From Anaerolineaceae bacterium (GTDB lineage Bacteria; Chloroflexota; Anaerolineae; Anaerolineales; Villigracilaceae), in assembly GCA_003598975.1 (NCBI GenBank), contig QZIJ01000131.1, positions 23,360-87,359 on the forward strand: a stretch of DNA of 64,000 bases. Direction: 5' to 3'. Every line of letters starts with the position of its first letter. Position 1 is the first letter of the stretch. This document shows, piece by piece, positions 20,078 to 29,559 of the stretch. The translations under genes and the position numbers were made by a program. Under the pieces are notes generated by a model, which saw only the letters and a program-made list of their open reading frames with translations, ran no database searches and was not told the origin of the DNA.

Positions 20078-20110
20078 AGAAATCGGGTTTCTTCAAGAAA
20101 CCCGATTTCT
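20078..20110. repeat. AGAAAnCGGGTTTCT double palindrome
   Basis: AGAAATCGGGTTTCT-TCA-AGAAACCCGATTTCT; relative at 44956-44990. Confidence 0.65.
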
Positions 20111-20121
20111 GGAGAGCACCA

Positions 20122-20670
20122 ATGTCCCGTGAATTCTACGAAATCGAAATCGCTGGAATCAAACGCGAACTGCGCCTGTTCGAGATCAAGCCCGGACTGC
20201 GGATCGCCATTCTGAACATCCTCGGCGATACGGAACTCGTCCAGGCTTGCGCGCGGGAACTGGGAGCGAAACTCAACGGCACGAAATTCGACGTGCTGGT
20301 GACCGCGGAGGCCAAGTCCATTCCGCTGGCGTACGCGCTCGCGGTGGAGATGAACAAGCCCTACATCGTCCTGCGGAAAACGTACAAGCCCTACATGGGC
20401 GACGCGTTGAAAGCCGGGACGTTGTCCATTACCACCGGCCAACCCCAGATCCTCGTGTTGGACGAGAAAGACCGCGATTTCATGAAGGGTAAAAAAGTCT
20501 TGCTGGTGGACGATGTCATCAGCACGGGTTCCACCCTGCAGGGCATGAAGATGGTGATCGGGAAGGCTGGGGCAGAGGTGGTTGGCGAAGCGGCCATCCT
20601 CACCGAAGGGGACCGCTCCCAGTGGATGGATATCGTCTCGCTGGGGCATTTGCCGTTGTTTACGGAGTAG
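20122..20670 (+). CDS. Purine (adenine) phosphoribosyltransferase family protein
   Basis: PRPP-binding motif VLLVDDVISTGST; EAKSIP, LRK. Confidence 0.88.
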   Translation: MSREFYEIEIAGIKRELRLFEIKPGLRIAILNILGDTELVQACARELGAKLNGTKFDVLVTAEAKSIPLAYALAVEMNKPYIVLRKTYKPYMGDALKAGTLSITTGQPQILVLDEKDRDFMKGKKVLLVDDVISTGSTLQGMKMVIGKAGAEVVGEAAILTEGDRSQWMDIVSLGHLPLFTE

Positions 20671-20764
20671 GTGGGCAGGTAGGCAAGTAGACAGGTAAAC
20701 AAAGAGCCTTCCAAATTTGGGAGGCTCTTTTGACTCGTGTACTTGTTTACGTGTCTTCTTGTGT
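20667..20764. repeat. Degenerate 8-mer tandem arms (GTAnACAn) flanking a bidirectional terminator
   Basis: GTAGGCAAGTAGACAGGTAAACAA, hairpin AAAGAGCC...GGCTCTTTT, then inverted CTCGTGTACTTGTTTACGTGTC. Confidence 0.6.
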
Positions 20765-21004
20765 GCTTTCAACCATTTTTCTTTTTTGTTCATGGGGCAA
20801 TTTTTTGATAACCCGTTCCCGTTTCATTGCCTCTGCTCGCGAGGATAGTTCCTCCACATAAACCAATCTCACCGGGCGACGCGTGCGGGTGTATTTTGCG
20901 CCTCGCCCGGCGTTGTGCTGTCTCTCGCGGCGTGGCGGATCGGTCGTCCAGCCGGTGTAGAACGTCCCGTCAGCGCATTCGAGGATGTAGCAGTAAAAAG
21001 CCAT
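20747..21004 (-). CDS. Small GIY-YIG nuclease (UPF0213/YhbQ-like)
   Basis: YCYIL...FYTGWT...RERQHN.G.GAKYT...E...A.KRE..IKK. Confidence 0.88.
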   Translation of the reverse strand: MAFYCYILECADGTFYTGWTTDPPRRERQHNAGRGAKYTRTRRPVRLVYVEELSSRAEAMKRERVIKKLPHEQKRKMVESTQEDT

Positions 21005-21014
21005 GCTTCGTAAG

Positions 21015-21103
21015 GTGGTCGAGTAGGCGGCAGGTCTCGATACGGGTTTCGGTACGCTTCACTACTCAACCCTACTCGACTATCGCCGCCGTACCGAGAC
21101 CAC
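21015..21103. repeat. Triple-nested GGTCGAGTAG/CGTATCGAGACC palindromic element
   Basis: Outer unit 21015-21103, middle unit 21033-21081, inner unit 21045-21071. Confidence 0.8.
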
Positions 21104-21119
21104 GATTTCTGTTCACAAC

Positions 21120-22124
21120 TTATTCGTCGCGTTTGGAATTGCCGAGGGAGCCGAAGAACGATTGCTTTAGCCGCGCGCCAAACGAGGAATTGTCGGAGGT
21201 TTTTCCTTTTTCCATCCACCCAGGCGGACGATACGCTTCCAGGTGACGGTCAATCAGCCAATCGAGGGCCTTCTCCTGTGCCGCGCGGATTTTCTTCTCC
21301 AGTTCGTCGCCTTGCTCATTTTGGATGTCTTCGCGCAGTCCGCGCAGGGACGCGATGTACGCGTCCAGCAGGCGGACGAGGTTGTCGCGGTTCGCCAAAG
21401 CCGAGGCGCTCAACCCGTCCGCTTGGTTGCGGTCGAAGGTGGCCGCGACCGGCATGGCGTAGGACCGACTCGCCAGGTTGATGGCGTCCTTCCAGCCGGG
21501 TTTATCCATCGTCAGGTCCACGAGCGAAACCGCCAGCAGTTTGGGCAGGGTCAGCATGGTGGAGAGTAATCCGTCCGCTTCGATGGCATCCGAAAGGACA
21601 GGGTTCGCACCGAGCAGGAGCACGAAGTCCGTGGCGACGCGTACCGCTTTTTCCGACAGGCCCGCCGAAGGACAGACTAGACAGGTGGTGTCCGCAAAAA
21701 GTTCGGCGTGTGCGCCGTCGAGACCGCCGCCGGTTTCGAGCAGGTGTGCGGGATTGATGGCGGGATAAAGCCCGAGATAACTGCGTCCCGCGGGGAGGAG
21801 TTCGCGTGCCCACGCCTCACCCTGACGTTTGGCGGGAGAGGCGTCCAGAACGATCGCGTCCTCTTTCAGGTCTGCGCGGATGAATTCGAGCGTGGCACGC
21901 ACCTCGTTCAGTGGAACGGCCAGCACAACCACGTCCGACCCTTCCACCGAGGCGGGCAGGTTGTACTCGATTCTGTCCACTGCGTCGGCCTTCTGTGCGG
22001 CGCGGGCGGCGTCGGGGTCCTTGTCATGTCCCACGCGTTTGATCTTGTCCTTGTGCGCGGCCAGCGCCAGCCCGATCGAGCCGCCGATCTGTCCGAGACC
22101 GATGATGGTTACTTGAACTGCCAT
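21120..22124 (-). CDS. Prephenate dehydrogenase-like (TyrA family) protein
   Basis: IIGLGQIGGSIGLAL Rossmann motif, LAVP, D..xK; canonical HP motif not seen. Confidence 0.75.
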   Translation of the reverse strand: MAVQVTIIGLGQIGGSIGLALAAHKDKIKRVGHDKDPDAARAAQKADAVDRIEYNLPASVEGSDVVVLAVPLNEVRATLEFIRADLKEDAIVLDASPAKRQGEAWARELLPAGRSYLGLYPAINPAHLLETGGGLDGAHAELFADTTCLVCPSAGLSEKAVRVATDFVLLLGANPVLSDAIEADGLLSTMLTLPKLLAVSLVDLTMDKPGWKDAINLASRSYAMPVAATFDRNQADGLSASALANRDNLVRLLDAYIASLRGLREDIQNEQGDELEKKIRAAQEKALDWLIDRHLEAYRPPGWMEKGKTSDNSSFGARLKQSFFGSLGNSKRDE

Positions 22125-22197
22125 GTGTCACCTTTTTGTTGAAATGTGAATGCGCAGATTATACTTCCCTCGAGCGCGCGAGTGTTTGAAAACTCAA

Positions 22198-22268
22198 ACA
22201 CAAAGTCACCAAGGCACCAAGTCACAAAGATTTTTCCTTTGAGTCTTCGAGACTTTGAGCTTTTGTGC
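22198..22268. repeat. CACAAAG/CTTTGTG 8-mer palindromic repeat
   Basis: ACACAAAGTCACCAAGGCACCAAGTCACAAAG ... CTTTGAGTCTTCGAGACTTTGAG; same family at 49815 and 56124. Confidence 0.7.
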
Positions 22269-22282
22269 TTAAATCTCACGTC

Positions 22283-22411
22283 GGTTCAGACATTTTTCGG
22301 GGAATGGGGTGAAGAGCGCAATCCCATCCGAATGACCGCCCTGAGAATCGGGAGAGCCAGGGACGCCGACCCTGGCTCTCTTTGAAAGGAGGAGAAGAGA
22401 AATCACCTTAC
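22283..22411 (-). ncRNA. Candidate small RNA with anti-Shine-Dalgarno motif
   Basis: TGA-TAACAT extended -10, then CTTCTCCTCCTTTC, a perfect 11-bp hairpin and a long imperfect hairpin; no credible ORF. Confidence 0.45.
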
Positions 22412-22590
22412 ATCGTCATGTTATCATCACCGCGCGAAACGTACTTGACGGCAAACCTACGCCTGCCCTACGATTGTCCGACATCTTGCAAAATTGTCAA
22501 CTATTCTGGTCATTTATTGTCCATTGGGTCGAAAATCCCCTTGTTTCTTGGGCGAAAAGACATGATATAGTTGACGCGACAGGAGCGAAC

Positions 22591-23115
22591 ATGGCGACTC
22601 ACTCTCCTTTCCATCTTGGACTGCTCAGACACACGCCTCTCGGGGACCTGTGGGTGGCTGTCTCCGAAAACGGCCTGGTTGCCATCGAATGGGTGGACGA
22701 AGACCCTGCCATCGAAGCGTACCTGACCAAACGATTCAAGCGCCCCTCCCTCCTTGATGCGGACAAAGCCTCCGTCCCGCTTCACCAACTGGACGAATAC
22801 CTGCGTGGCCGACGAAAGGCCTTCACCTTCCCGATCGATTGGGGATTGCTTCGTCCCTTCCAGCGCGAGGTCTTGCAGATCGTGTACGCCATCCCCTACG
22901 GCGAGACGCGCTCCTATGGTGAGATCGCCCACCAGATGGGACGTTTACGCGCTGCCCGCGCCGTCGGACGCGCCAACGCCACCAATCCCATGCCGCTGGT
23001 GATCCCCTGTCACCGCGTCATCGGCATGGACGGCAAACTCCACGGCTACGGCGGCGGCGAGGGATTGAAAACGAAAGAGTGGTTACTCAAAATGGAAGGC
23101 GCATTCATCGCATGA
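22591..23115 (+). CDS. ogt: Methylated-DNA-protein-cysteine S-methyltransferase
   Basis: IPYGETRSY, RAVGRA, PCHRV active site; AGGAG RBS. Confidence 0.92.
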   Translation: MATHSPFHLGLLRHTPLGDLWVAVSENGLVAIEWVDEDPAIEAYLTKRFKRPSLLDADKASVPLHQLDEYLRGRRKAFTFPIDWGLLRPFQREVLQIVYAIPYGETRSYGEIAHQMGRLRAARAVGRANATNPMPLVIPCHRVIGMDGKLHGYGGGEGLKTKEWLLKMEGAFIA

Positions 23116-23966
23116 CACTCCGCTCCACAATTCGCTCACTCATCTACCAAACCGAAAAACAAATTCAACGCGGTCGCTTTGCAAGAACCCAGGTTTCTGA
23201 AGGTTGGCCGATCCTGCTTGGCATCTCCTTTCCAAAAAGCGGCACGCACCTGCTCGACCAGATTTTGCTCGGCTTTTCCAAGGTCGCGCCGTACGCGAAA
23301 CGCGTCCACTCGTTTTACGCCGAATACGAAGGCGAGACGGGACGCAAACGCGCCCCCGAACAGGCATTGACCTGGCTGGATTCACTTCATCCGCTGGACG
23401 TGGCCTCGGCGCATCTCTTCGCGCGACCTGAAGCCGCCTCGCGCGTGACTGGGGGAGGATTCGTTCCCTACTTCATTTTCCGCGACCCGCGCGATGTGGT
23501 CGTCTCGCACGTCTTCTACGTGACAGAAATGGAAGCGCGCCACGTCCACCACGATTACTACCAATCCCTGCCTGATTTCGACGCGCGACTTAAAGTCAGC
23601 ATTCTGGGACGGCCTGATTCTGAAATTGAATTTCCCAATATCGCCGCGCGTTTTGCTCCCTATCTCGGCTGGCTCGATCATCCCGAAGTGTTGACCATCC
23701 ACTTCGAAGACCTCATCCATGAGCGCATCGCCACGCTGACGCGCATCATGGAACATCTCCTCGTCCGCGCGCCGATCCCCGCGCCGCGCGAAAAAATCCT
23801 TGACGCGTTGGAGTCATCCATCAACCCAACCAAGTCTCCCACTTTCCGTTCGGGAAAAACGGGCGAGTGGAAGAAATATTTCAAGGATGAGCACAAACGC
23901 ACATTTAAGGATGCCGCGGGGGATTTATTGATAAGATTGGGATATGAAAAAACCAACGATTGGTAG
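23112..23966 (+). CDS. PAPS-dependent sulfotransferase
   Basis: SFPKSGT (5'-PSB), RDPRDVVVS (3'-PB), FRSGKTGEWK. Confidence 0.88.
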   Translation: MTLRSTIRSLIYQTEKQIQRGRFARTQVSEGWPILLGISFPKSGTHLLDQILLGFSKVAPYAKRVHSFYAEYEGETGRKRAPEQALTWLDSLHPLDVASAHLFARPEAASRVTGGGFVPYFIFRDPRDVVVSHVFYVTEMEARHVHHDYYQSLPDFDARLKVSILGRPDSEIEFPNIAARFAPYLGWLDHPEVLTIHFEDLIHERIATLTRIMEHLLVRAPIPAPREKILDALESSINPTKSPTFRSGKTGEWKKYFKDEHKRTFKDAAGDLLIRLGYEKTNDW

Positions 23967-24009
23967 GGGCGGGGTCATCCCGCCCAGGGCGACGGGACGT
24001 CGCCCCTAC
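23963..24009. repeat. GTAG-type REP doublet
   Basis: GTAGGGGCGGGGTCATCCCGCCC-A-GGGCGACGGGACGTCGCCCCTAC. Confidence 0.75.
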
Positions 24010-24016
24010 ACCGCCC

Positions 24017-24946
24017 ATGAACTGCTCCCTTGTCATCCGCGCCTATAACGAAGCCCAGCATCTCCCGCGTCTGCTAGAGGGACTCGCACATCAGACCGTC
24101 AAGGATGTGGAAGTCATTCTCGTGGACTCGGGTTCCACTGACTCCACTATTGCCATTGCAGAATCGTTTGGCGCGCGGGTGGTGAGAATCCATCCCGAAG
24201 AATTCACCTTCGGACGGTCGCTCAACTTTGGGGTCCGCGCAGCGACGCGGGAATTGGTCGTCATCGCCAGCGCGCACGTGTACCCCGTCTATCCCGATTG
24301 GATCGAGTCGCTCCTGCGTCCGTTCGAGGATGAGAAGGTCGCGCTCACGTACGGGAAACAGCGCGGGCCAGAGACGGCGAAATTCTCCGAACAGCAGATC
24401 TATCATCAATGGTATCCCGACCACAGTACGCCGCGCCAACCGACCGCGTTCTGCAACAACGCCAATGCCGCCATCCGAAAAAGTTTGTGGGAGAAGAATC
24501 CCTACGATGAATCGCTGACGGGACTCGAAGATCTGGCTTGGGCAAAGTGGGCGAAGGAGCAGGGACACGAGATCGCGTACGCGGCGGATGCTGAGATCGT
24601 CCACATTCACAATGAGACGCCGCGCGGCGTGTTCAACCGCTATCGCCGTGAGGCGATGGCCTTCAAGCGGATTCATCCTGAGTCGCACTTCAACCTGTAT
24701 GATTTCATCCGCCTGACTTCGATGAATATCGTCAGTGACATTTACCATGCCGCCCGCGAGCGAGTGCTGGCGAAAAACATTGCTTCGATTTGCTGGTTTC
24801 GCACCATGCAATTCCACGGGACGCGCATGGGCTACCGCGAGTCGGGGCTGGTCACGCCGCAGTTGCGCGAGACGTTTTATTACGCGCGGGAGATGAAGAA
24901 AAAAGAGGGGAAGAAGAGGGATGTGGAGCCGATTCAGTACAATTAA
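24017..24946 (+). CDS. Glycosyltransferase family 2 (rhamnosyltransferase-like)
   Basis: VIRAYNE, VDSGSTD, FTFGRSLN, LED. Confidence 0.88.
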   Translation: MNCSLVIRAYNEAQHLPRLLEGLAHQTVKDVEVILVDSGSTDSTIAIAESFGARVVRIHPEEFTFGRSLNFGVRAATRELVVIASAHVYPVYPDWIESLLRPFEDEKVALTYGKQRGPETAKFSEQQIYHQWYPDHSTPRQPTAFCNNANAAIRKSLWEKNPYDESLTGLEDLAWAKWAKEQGHEIAYAADAEIVHIHNETPRGVFNRYRREAMAFKRIHPESHFNLYDFIRLTSMNIVSDIYHAARERVLAKNIASICWFRTMQFHGTRMGYRESGLVTPQLRETFYYAREMKKKEGKKRDVEPIQYN

Positions 24947-25947
24947 CGTGTCTGCGGGCAGGCGGCGGGAACGCGCGGATGCGTTGGCAGGCCGAATGCT
25001 TCGTAGACGGGAACGCCGTCCCATTCGGTGGGGAGGGGGAGGCCAAGCGCGTAGGAAGCCGTGGCCGCCGTATCGGTGGTCTGAACGAACGATGTCAGCG
25101 GGCCGGGAATCACGCCCGGGCCGTTGACGATCCACGGGATGGTCATATCTTCGGGCAATTCAGTTCCATGCGATTTTTCGTGTCCGCCGTGGTCGGCAGT
25201 GATGATGATGAGCGTGCTGGCGCGCAACCCGCTTTCATCCAGCGAGGCCAGAATCTGCCCCAGCATCTTGTCGTCCTCGCGATAGTTGTACATTTGGACG
25301 CCGCCCATCCAGCCCCATTCATGACCCGCGTAATCTCCGCTGGGGAAGTGGAGGAACATCAGACCAAAGCCCTGCTGGATTTCCGCAACGGCTAGATTGG
25401 CGACGGTCTGATCGGCCTCCTTAAAAATGAAAACGTCTGTGCTTTCGGGGCGGACGATCTGCCGCAGTTTTTCCTTGCCCACAATCATCACTGTCCGCAG
25501 GCCCGCGGTGTGCGCGATGGTAAAAAGGTTCACGCCGAGGGCATAGCCATTTTCGGGGACGTACTCATTCCAGAAGACGGCGTGTTTGGCGGGGCATAAT
25601 CCGCTCAGCATCGACGCGTGCGAGGGCAGGGTGGTGCTCGGGATGATCGTCTGTGCGTTGAGCGAGTAGGCGCTTTCCTGCATCAGCGCGGTCAGGTTGG
25701 TCATCGGTGCCTTGCCGATCGCGTCGGGACGCAGGCCGTCGTAACTGATGATGAGGACGCGTTCCGCGAGCGGACGCGGCGTGGGCGTGACGGTGAACGC
25801 CGCGGTCGGTGGGACAGGTGTCGCGCTGGGTGTCTCGCTCGCGGGGACCGATGTCTGTGTCGCGGCCTCGATGGGCGTTGACGCAGTCCCCGGCGCGCAG
25901 GCTACCAGTAAGAATGCAACAAATAAAAGAGTGCGAATGGATTTCAT
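24943..25947 (-). CDS. Alkaline phosphatase superfamily (NPP-type) lipoprotein
   Basis: Lipobox LVAC; ISYDGLRPD, TLPSHASM (Thr nucleophile), D.AGH, TADHGG. Confidence 0.85.
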   Translation of the reverse strand: MKSIRTLLFVAFLLVACAPGTASTPIEAATQTSVPASETPSATPVPPTAAFTVTPTPRPLAERVLIISYDGLRPDAIGKAPMTNLTALMQESAYSLNAQTIIPSTTLPSHASMLSGLCPAKHAVFWNEYVPENGYALGVNLFTIAHTAGLRTVMIVGKEKLRQIVRPESTDVFIFKEADQTVANLAVAEIQQGFGLMFLHFPSGDYAGHEWGWMGGVQMYNYREDDKMLGQILASLDESGLRASTLIIITADHGGHEKSHGTELPEDMTIPWIVNGPGVIPGPLTSFVQTTDTAATASYALGLPLPTEWDGVPVYEAFGLPTHPRVPAACPQTR

Positions 25948-25966
25948 GCTTTTCCTAAAATTATAA

Positions 25967-25992
25967 GGGCGGACATGCAGGTCCGCCCCAAC
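25967..25992. repeat. Single REP (GTTG variant)
   Basis: Reverse complement GTTGGGGCGGACCTGCATGTCCGCCC, near-identical to 48866. Confidence 0.65.
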
Positions 25993-25999
25993 CAGATTT

Positions 26000-27652
26000 T
26001 CACTTCAACATTGGCATTTTAATGCCATGACGTTTCGCGGCGGCAATCGCCTCTTCATACCCCGCGTCCGCGTGACGGACGACACCCATGCCCGGGTCGG
26101 TTGTGAGAACGCGCTCGAGACGCCGCGCGGCTTCGGGAGTCCCGTCGGCCACGATGACCTGCCCCGCGTGCTGGGAATATCCCATGCCCACGCCGCCGCC
26201 GTGATGGAATGACACCCACGTCGCGCCGCCGACCGCGTTGATGAGCGCATTGAGAATCGCCCAGTCGGAAATCGCGTCCGAGCCATCTTTCATCGCTTCG
26301 GTTTCGCGATTCGGCGAAGCGACCGAGCCTGAGTCCAAATGGTCGCGGCCGATCACGATGGGGGCTTTCACTTTTCCCGTCGCCACCAACTCGTTGAATT
26401 TCAATCCCGCCTTGGCGCGTTCGCCGTAACCGAGCCAGCAGATGCGCGACGGCAATCCCTGGAACGGGACTTTCTCGCGCGCCATCTTCAACCAGCGATG
26501 AAGATGAGCGTCATCGGGGAACAATTCCATGATGGCCTGGTCGGTGGTGTAAATGTCTTCCTTGTCGCCGGACAAAGCGACCCAACGGAAGGGACCTTTC
26601 CCCTCGCAAAATAGCGGACGAATGTACGCGGGCACAAATCCTGGAAACTCGAACGCGTCGGTCACGCCATAGTTGTAAGCCTGCTGACGGATATTGTTGC
26701 CATAGTCGAACACTTCTGCACCCGCGCGTTGGAAAGCCAGCATCGCCTCAACGTGTTTCGCCATCGAGGCCATCGCCATCTTTTTGTATCGTTCGGGATC
26801 GGACTTCCGCAACTCGTCCGCCGCGACCACGGACAGCCCCGACGGCACGTACATCAACGCCTCATGCGCGGACGTCTGGTCGGTCACCACGTCTGGGACG
26901 ATTCCCCTCGCTGACAGTTCCGCATAAATATCCGCCGCGTTGCCGATCAACCCGATCGAGCATGACGTTTTACGTTTTACGTTTTCCTCCACCAGCGTCA
27001 TCGCCTCTTCGAGATTGTCCACCACCGTGTCCACGTAGCCGATGGCGCGACGTCGCTCTGCGCGTTCGGGGTCCACTTCCACGATGAGACCCACGCCCTC
27101 GTTCATGGTGATCGAAAGCGGCTGCGCGCCGCCCATCCCGCCAAGACCAGCGGTGAGGACGAATTTACCCTTCAACGAGACCCAGCCTTTTAATTTCGCA
27201 AGCGCACCGAAGGTCTCGTACGTGCCCTGCAAGATTCCCTGCGTGCCGATGTAGATCCACGAGCCTGCCGTCATCTGGCCGTACATGATGAGTCCCTTTT
27301 TGGCGAGTTCGTCGAAGTGTTCCCACGTGGCCCAATGCGGGACGAGGTTCGAGTTGGCGATCAGCACCCGCGGCGCGTCCTTGTGACTTTTGAACACCAC
27401 CACTGGCTTGCCCGATTGCACGAGCAGGGTTTCATCCTCCTCGAGATTTTTCAGCGATTCAAGAATCGCGTCGAACGATTCCCAGTTACGCGCGGCTTGT
27501 CCACGCCCGCCGTAGACAACGAGGTCTTGTGGCCTCTCTGCCACTTCAGGATCGAGGTTGTTTTGGATCATCCGATAGGCGGCTTCGGACAGCCAGTTCT
27601 TGCAGGTGAGTTCAACGCCCCTCGGGGCGCGGACGGTTCGAGGTCCAGGCAT
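26000..27652 (-). CDS. hutU: Urocanate hydratase
   Basis: [40 protein letters not shown]. Confidence 0.97.
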   Translation of the reverse strand: MPGPRTVRAPRGVELTCKNWLSEAAYRMIQNNLDPEVAERPQDLVVYGGRGQAARNWESFDAILESLKNLEEDETLLVQSGKPVVVFKSHKDAPRVLIANSNLVPHWATWEHFDELAKKGLIMYGQMTAGSWIYIGTQGILQGTYETFGALAKLKGWVSLKGKFVLTAGLGGMGGAQPLSITMNEGVGLIVEVDPERAERRRAIGYVDTVVDNLEEAMTLVEENVKRKTSCSIGLIGNAADIYAELSARGIVPDVVTDQTSAHEALMYVPSGLSVVAADELRKSDPERYKKMAMASMAKHVEAMLAFQRAGAEVFDYGNNIRQQAYNYGVTDAFEFPGFVPAYIRPLFCEGKGPFRWVALSGDKEDIYTTDQAIMELFPDDAHLHRWLKMAREKVPFQGLPSRICWLGYGERAKAGLKFNELVATGKVKAPIVIGRDHLDSGSVASPNRETEAMKDGSDAISDWAILNALINAVGGATWVSFHHGGGVGMGYSQHAGQVIVADGTPEAARRLERVLTTDPGMGVVRHADAGYEEAIAAAKRHGIKMPMLK

Positions 27653-27720
27653 GATGCGGCTCCTTGTCAACAAAATTCTCCCGGCAATTATAGCCGGGAG
27701 AAACTTGATTTGGTTCCTGA

Positions 27721-28533
27721 TCAGGGATTCAGAAGTTCGATGGAATGGATAACCTCCTCAAAGATTGAAATGATATTGGAGGTTCCCTCGTTTTCATTTG
27801 CGCTTAGAGTTATGGCGACTGCATATTTGTCCGTATGAAAGTATGCAGTTTGTCGATAAAACTTTGAATGCATTTCGAGGCGGGAGATGGATATACTCAT
27901 AAATGTCTTCACGACTCCATAAAGAACACCGGAAGGATTCTCCCTTACCTCTGTTACGGTTACACGAGACGAACAACTCATGGGATATACGTTGATGGTT
28001 TGGCATTTCGTTTTGTCGGCGGTGGCTGACTTGTCCATGATCGTTGCCAATGACAGTGATCTGCTTTCTTGGCTAATGGTTATGGCGGCTTCAACGCCGT
28101 TTTGACTATCGACCGCCACCATGCGAAAATCATCGCCTTCCTTGACACTTTTTTCAAATCCTTTGAGGGAATCGGCCTCCATCGGATGCGTTTGCATGGC
28201 TTTCTGCAGTGTGCTGGTAGGATTTCCTGTTACAAGGTTTACCACCAACCAGGAGCCCGAAAATATCAATTGATATCCACCCTCCGTATCAACAAAGCGC
28301 GTGGAACCATCATCCATCAACTCGGTATACGCTTCTGGAATCGGCGTCGGTGTTGCGGTAGGGGATGGTGTGAGAGTCTGAGTGGGAGTCGGTGTTAGAG
28401 TTGGCGTGGGGGTGCTTGTGTGTGTCGGTGTGGTTGTCGGAGGGGAAAGCAGTCTAGATACGCTCGCGCATGATGAAAGAGTGATGGTCAACACGGTGAG
28501 CATAACAAGCGATTTCCAGGATTTGGATTTCAT
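27721..28533 (-). CDS. PT-rich lipoprotein (paralog of 28693-29487)
   Basis: Lipobox LSSC; (TP)n linker; GAGG RBS. Confidence 0.75.
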   Translation of the reverse strand: MKSKSWKSLVMLTVLTITLSSCASVSRLLSPPTTTPTHTSTPTPTLTPTPTQTLTPSPTATPTPIPEAYTELMDDGSTRFVDTEGGYQLIFSGSWLVVNLVTGNPTSTLQKAMQTHPMEADSLKGFEKSVKEGDDFRMVAVDSQNGVEAAITISQESRSLSLATIMDKSATADKTKCQTINVYPMSCSSRVTVTEVRENPSGVLYGVVKTFMSISISRLEMHSKFYRQTAYFHTDKYAVAITLSANENEGTSNIISIFEEVIHSIELLNP

Positions 28534-28639
28534 GTCACACCTCGCTTCCCACCGTATTATCGCGCTTAAAAACGCCGAGTCAAGCGAATTGCCAGCGATG
28601 CACAGAAAATGTCAGTCGGCCGGTTTTTTCTCGTAATAA

Positions 28640-28674
28640 CAACAGGCCTGCTTGGGCAACAAGCGGGCCTGTTT
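28640..28674. terminator. Terminator hairpin between the lipoprotein genes
   Basis: AACAGGCCTGCTTG...CAAGCGGGCCTGTT. Confidence 0.55.
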
Positions 28675-28692
28675 TCAGCATGGTTGTGTTGC

Positions 28693-29487
28693 TCAGTCGA
28701 GTATTTGTATGGACTCTGCAATCGATTCCAAGATGGGGTTGAGTTCATCACGGAAATCTGTGGGAGTCGCAAGTTGGACCAAAACCACCTTGCCTGCCAC
28801 CTGGAATACGAGATATTTGGAATAGGCTGTAACTCTCATCCCGGTGGCTGTCACAGCGGTTTGTTCGGTCTCGACGATCCCGATCTCCACACCGGACTTA
28901 CTTTCCAGCACATTCGCACTGCTGGTCAGAACCTTGGCTCCATTTTTCTCCATGCTGTCTTCAAGCATGGCGGTGATGAAGGGAATCGGCATGGTGGACA
29001 TGAGTTTGTCCTCCACGGCGGTGATGGTGATATTGGTGGTGAAACCGCTTTGAATATACTTTGGATTTTCGTTGAGCGCCACCAGGCGAATGGCATCGGA
29101 ATCTATCTTTTGAATCGCCGCGATCGCCTCGGAAAGTTCGGGGTTCGTCCCCGCGAGTTTATCGGCCATCGCGAAGAAGTCATCCGTGGTCAGCGGGATG
29201 ACGATCCATCCTTTGGGCAGGGTCATCCGATAGTGGTTGTCGTAATCTGTGACAACGACGGTCTCGTCCGTCTGTGTTTCAAATTCCACCCCGGTGGGAA
29301 GCGGGGTCGGAGTCGGCGTGAAGGTTGGGGTGGGAGTAACGGTAGGTGTGGGAGTGGGACTGGGCGTGTTGGTTGGAGTTGGCGTATCGGTTGCAAAAAT
29401 TGCCGCAATCGGTCCCCCGGCCTGACAGGCCAGAATGAACAAGAGCAGGGTGAGCATGGAAATAATGAACAGGAATTTTGATTTCAT
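28693..29487 (-). CDS. PT-rich lipoprotein
   Basis: Lipobox ILAC; (TP)n linker; GGAG RBS. Confidence 0.8.
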   Translation of the reverse strand: MKSKFLFIISMLTLLLFILACQAGGPIAAIFATDTPTPTNTPSPTPTPTVTPTPTFTPTPTPLPTGVEFETQTDETVVVTDYDNHYRMTLPKGWIVIPLTTDDFFAMADKLAGTNPELSEAIAAIQKIDSDAIRLVALNENPKYIQSGFTTNITITAVEDKLMSTMPIPFITAMLEDSMEKNGAKVLTSSANVLESKSGVEIGIVETEQTAVTATGMRVTAYSKYLVFQVAGKVVLVQLATPTDFRDELNPILESIAESIQILD

Positions 29488-29559
29488 GGTTTATCTCCCG
29501 ATCTCACTGAAAACGAAAAAATAAAGGCCATCGATTCTTCGATGGCCCTCAAAGCAATC

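Noticed and set aside
22283-22411. 6S RNA, SRP RNA or T-box identity for the structured intergenic region
   Set aside because: No end-to-end pairing with a central bubble, no SRP loop motif and no T-box consensus seen.
23184-23199. AGAACCCAGGTTTCTG inside the sulfotransferase, identical to the repeat at 44957
   Set aside because: Could be another intragenic repeat, but it is a single arm and causes no length difference relative to the paralog; left unclaimed pending an ortholog alignment.
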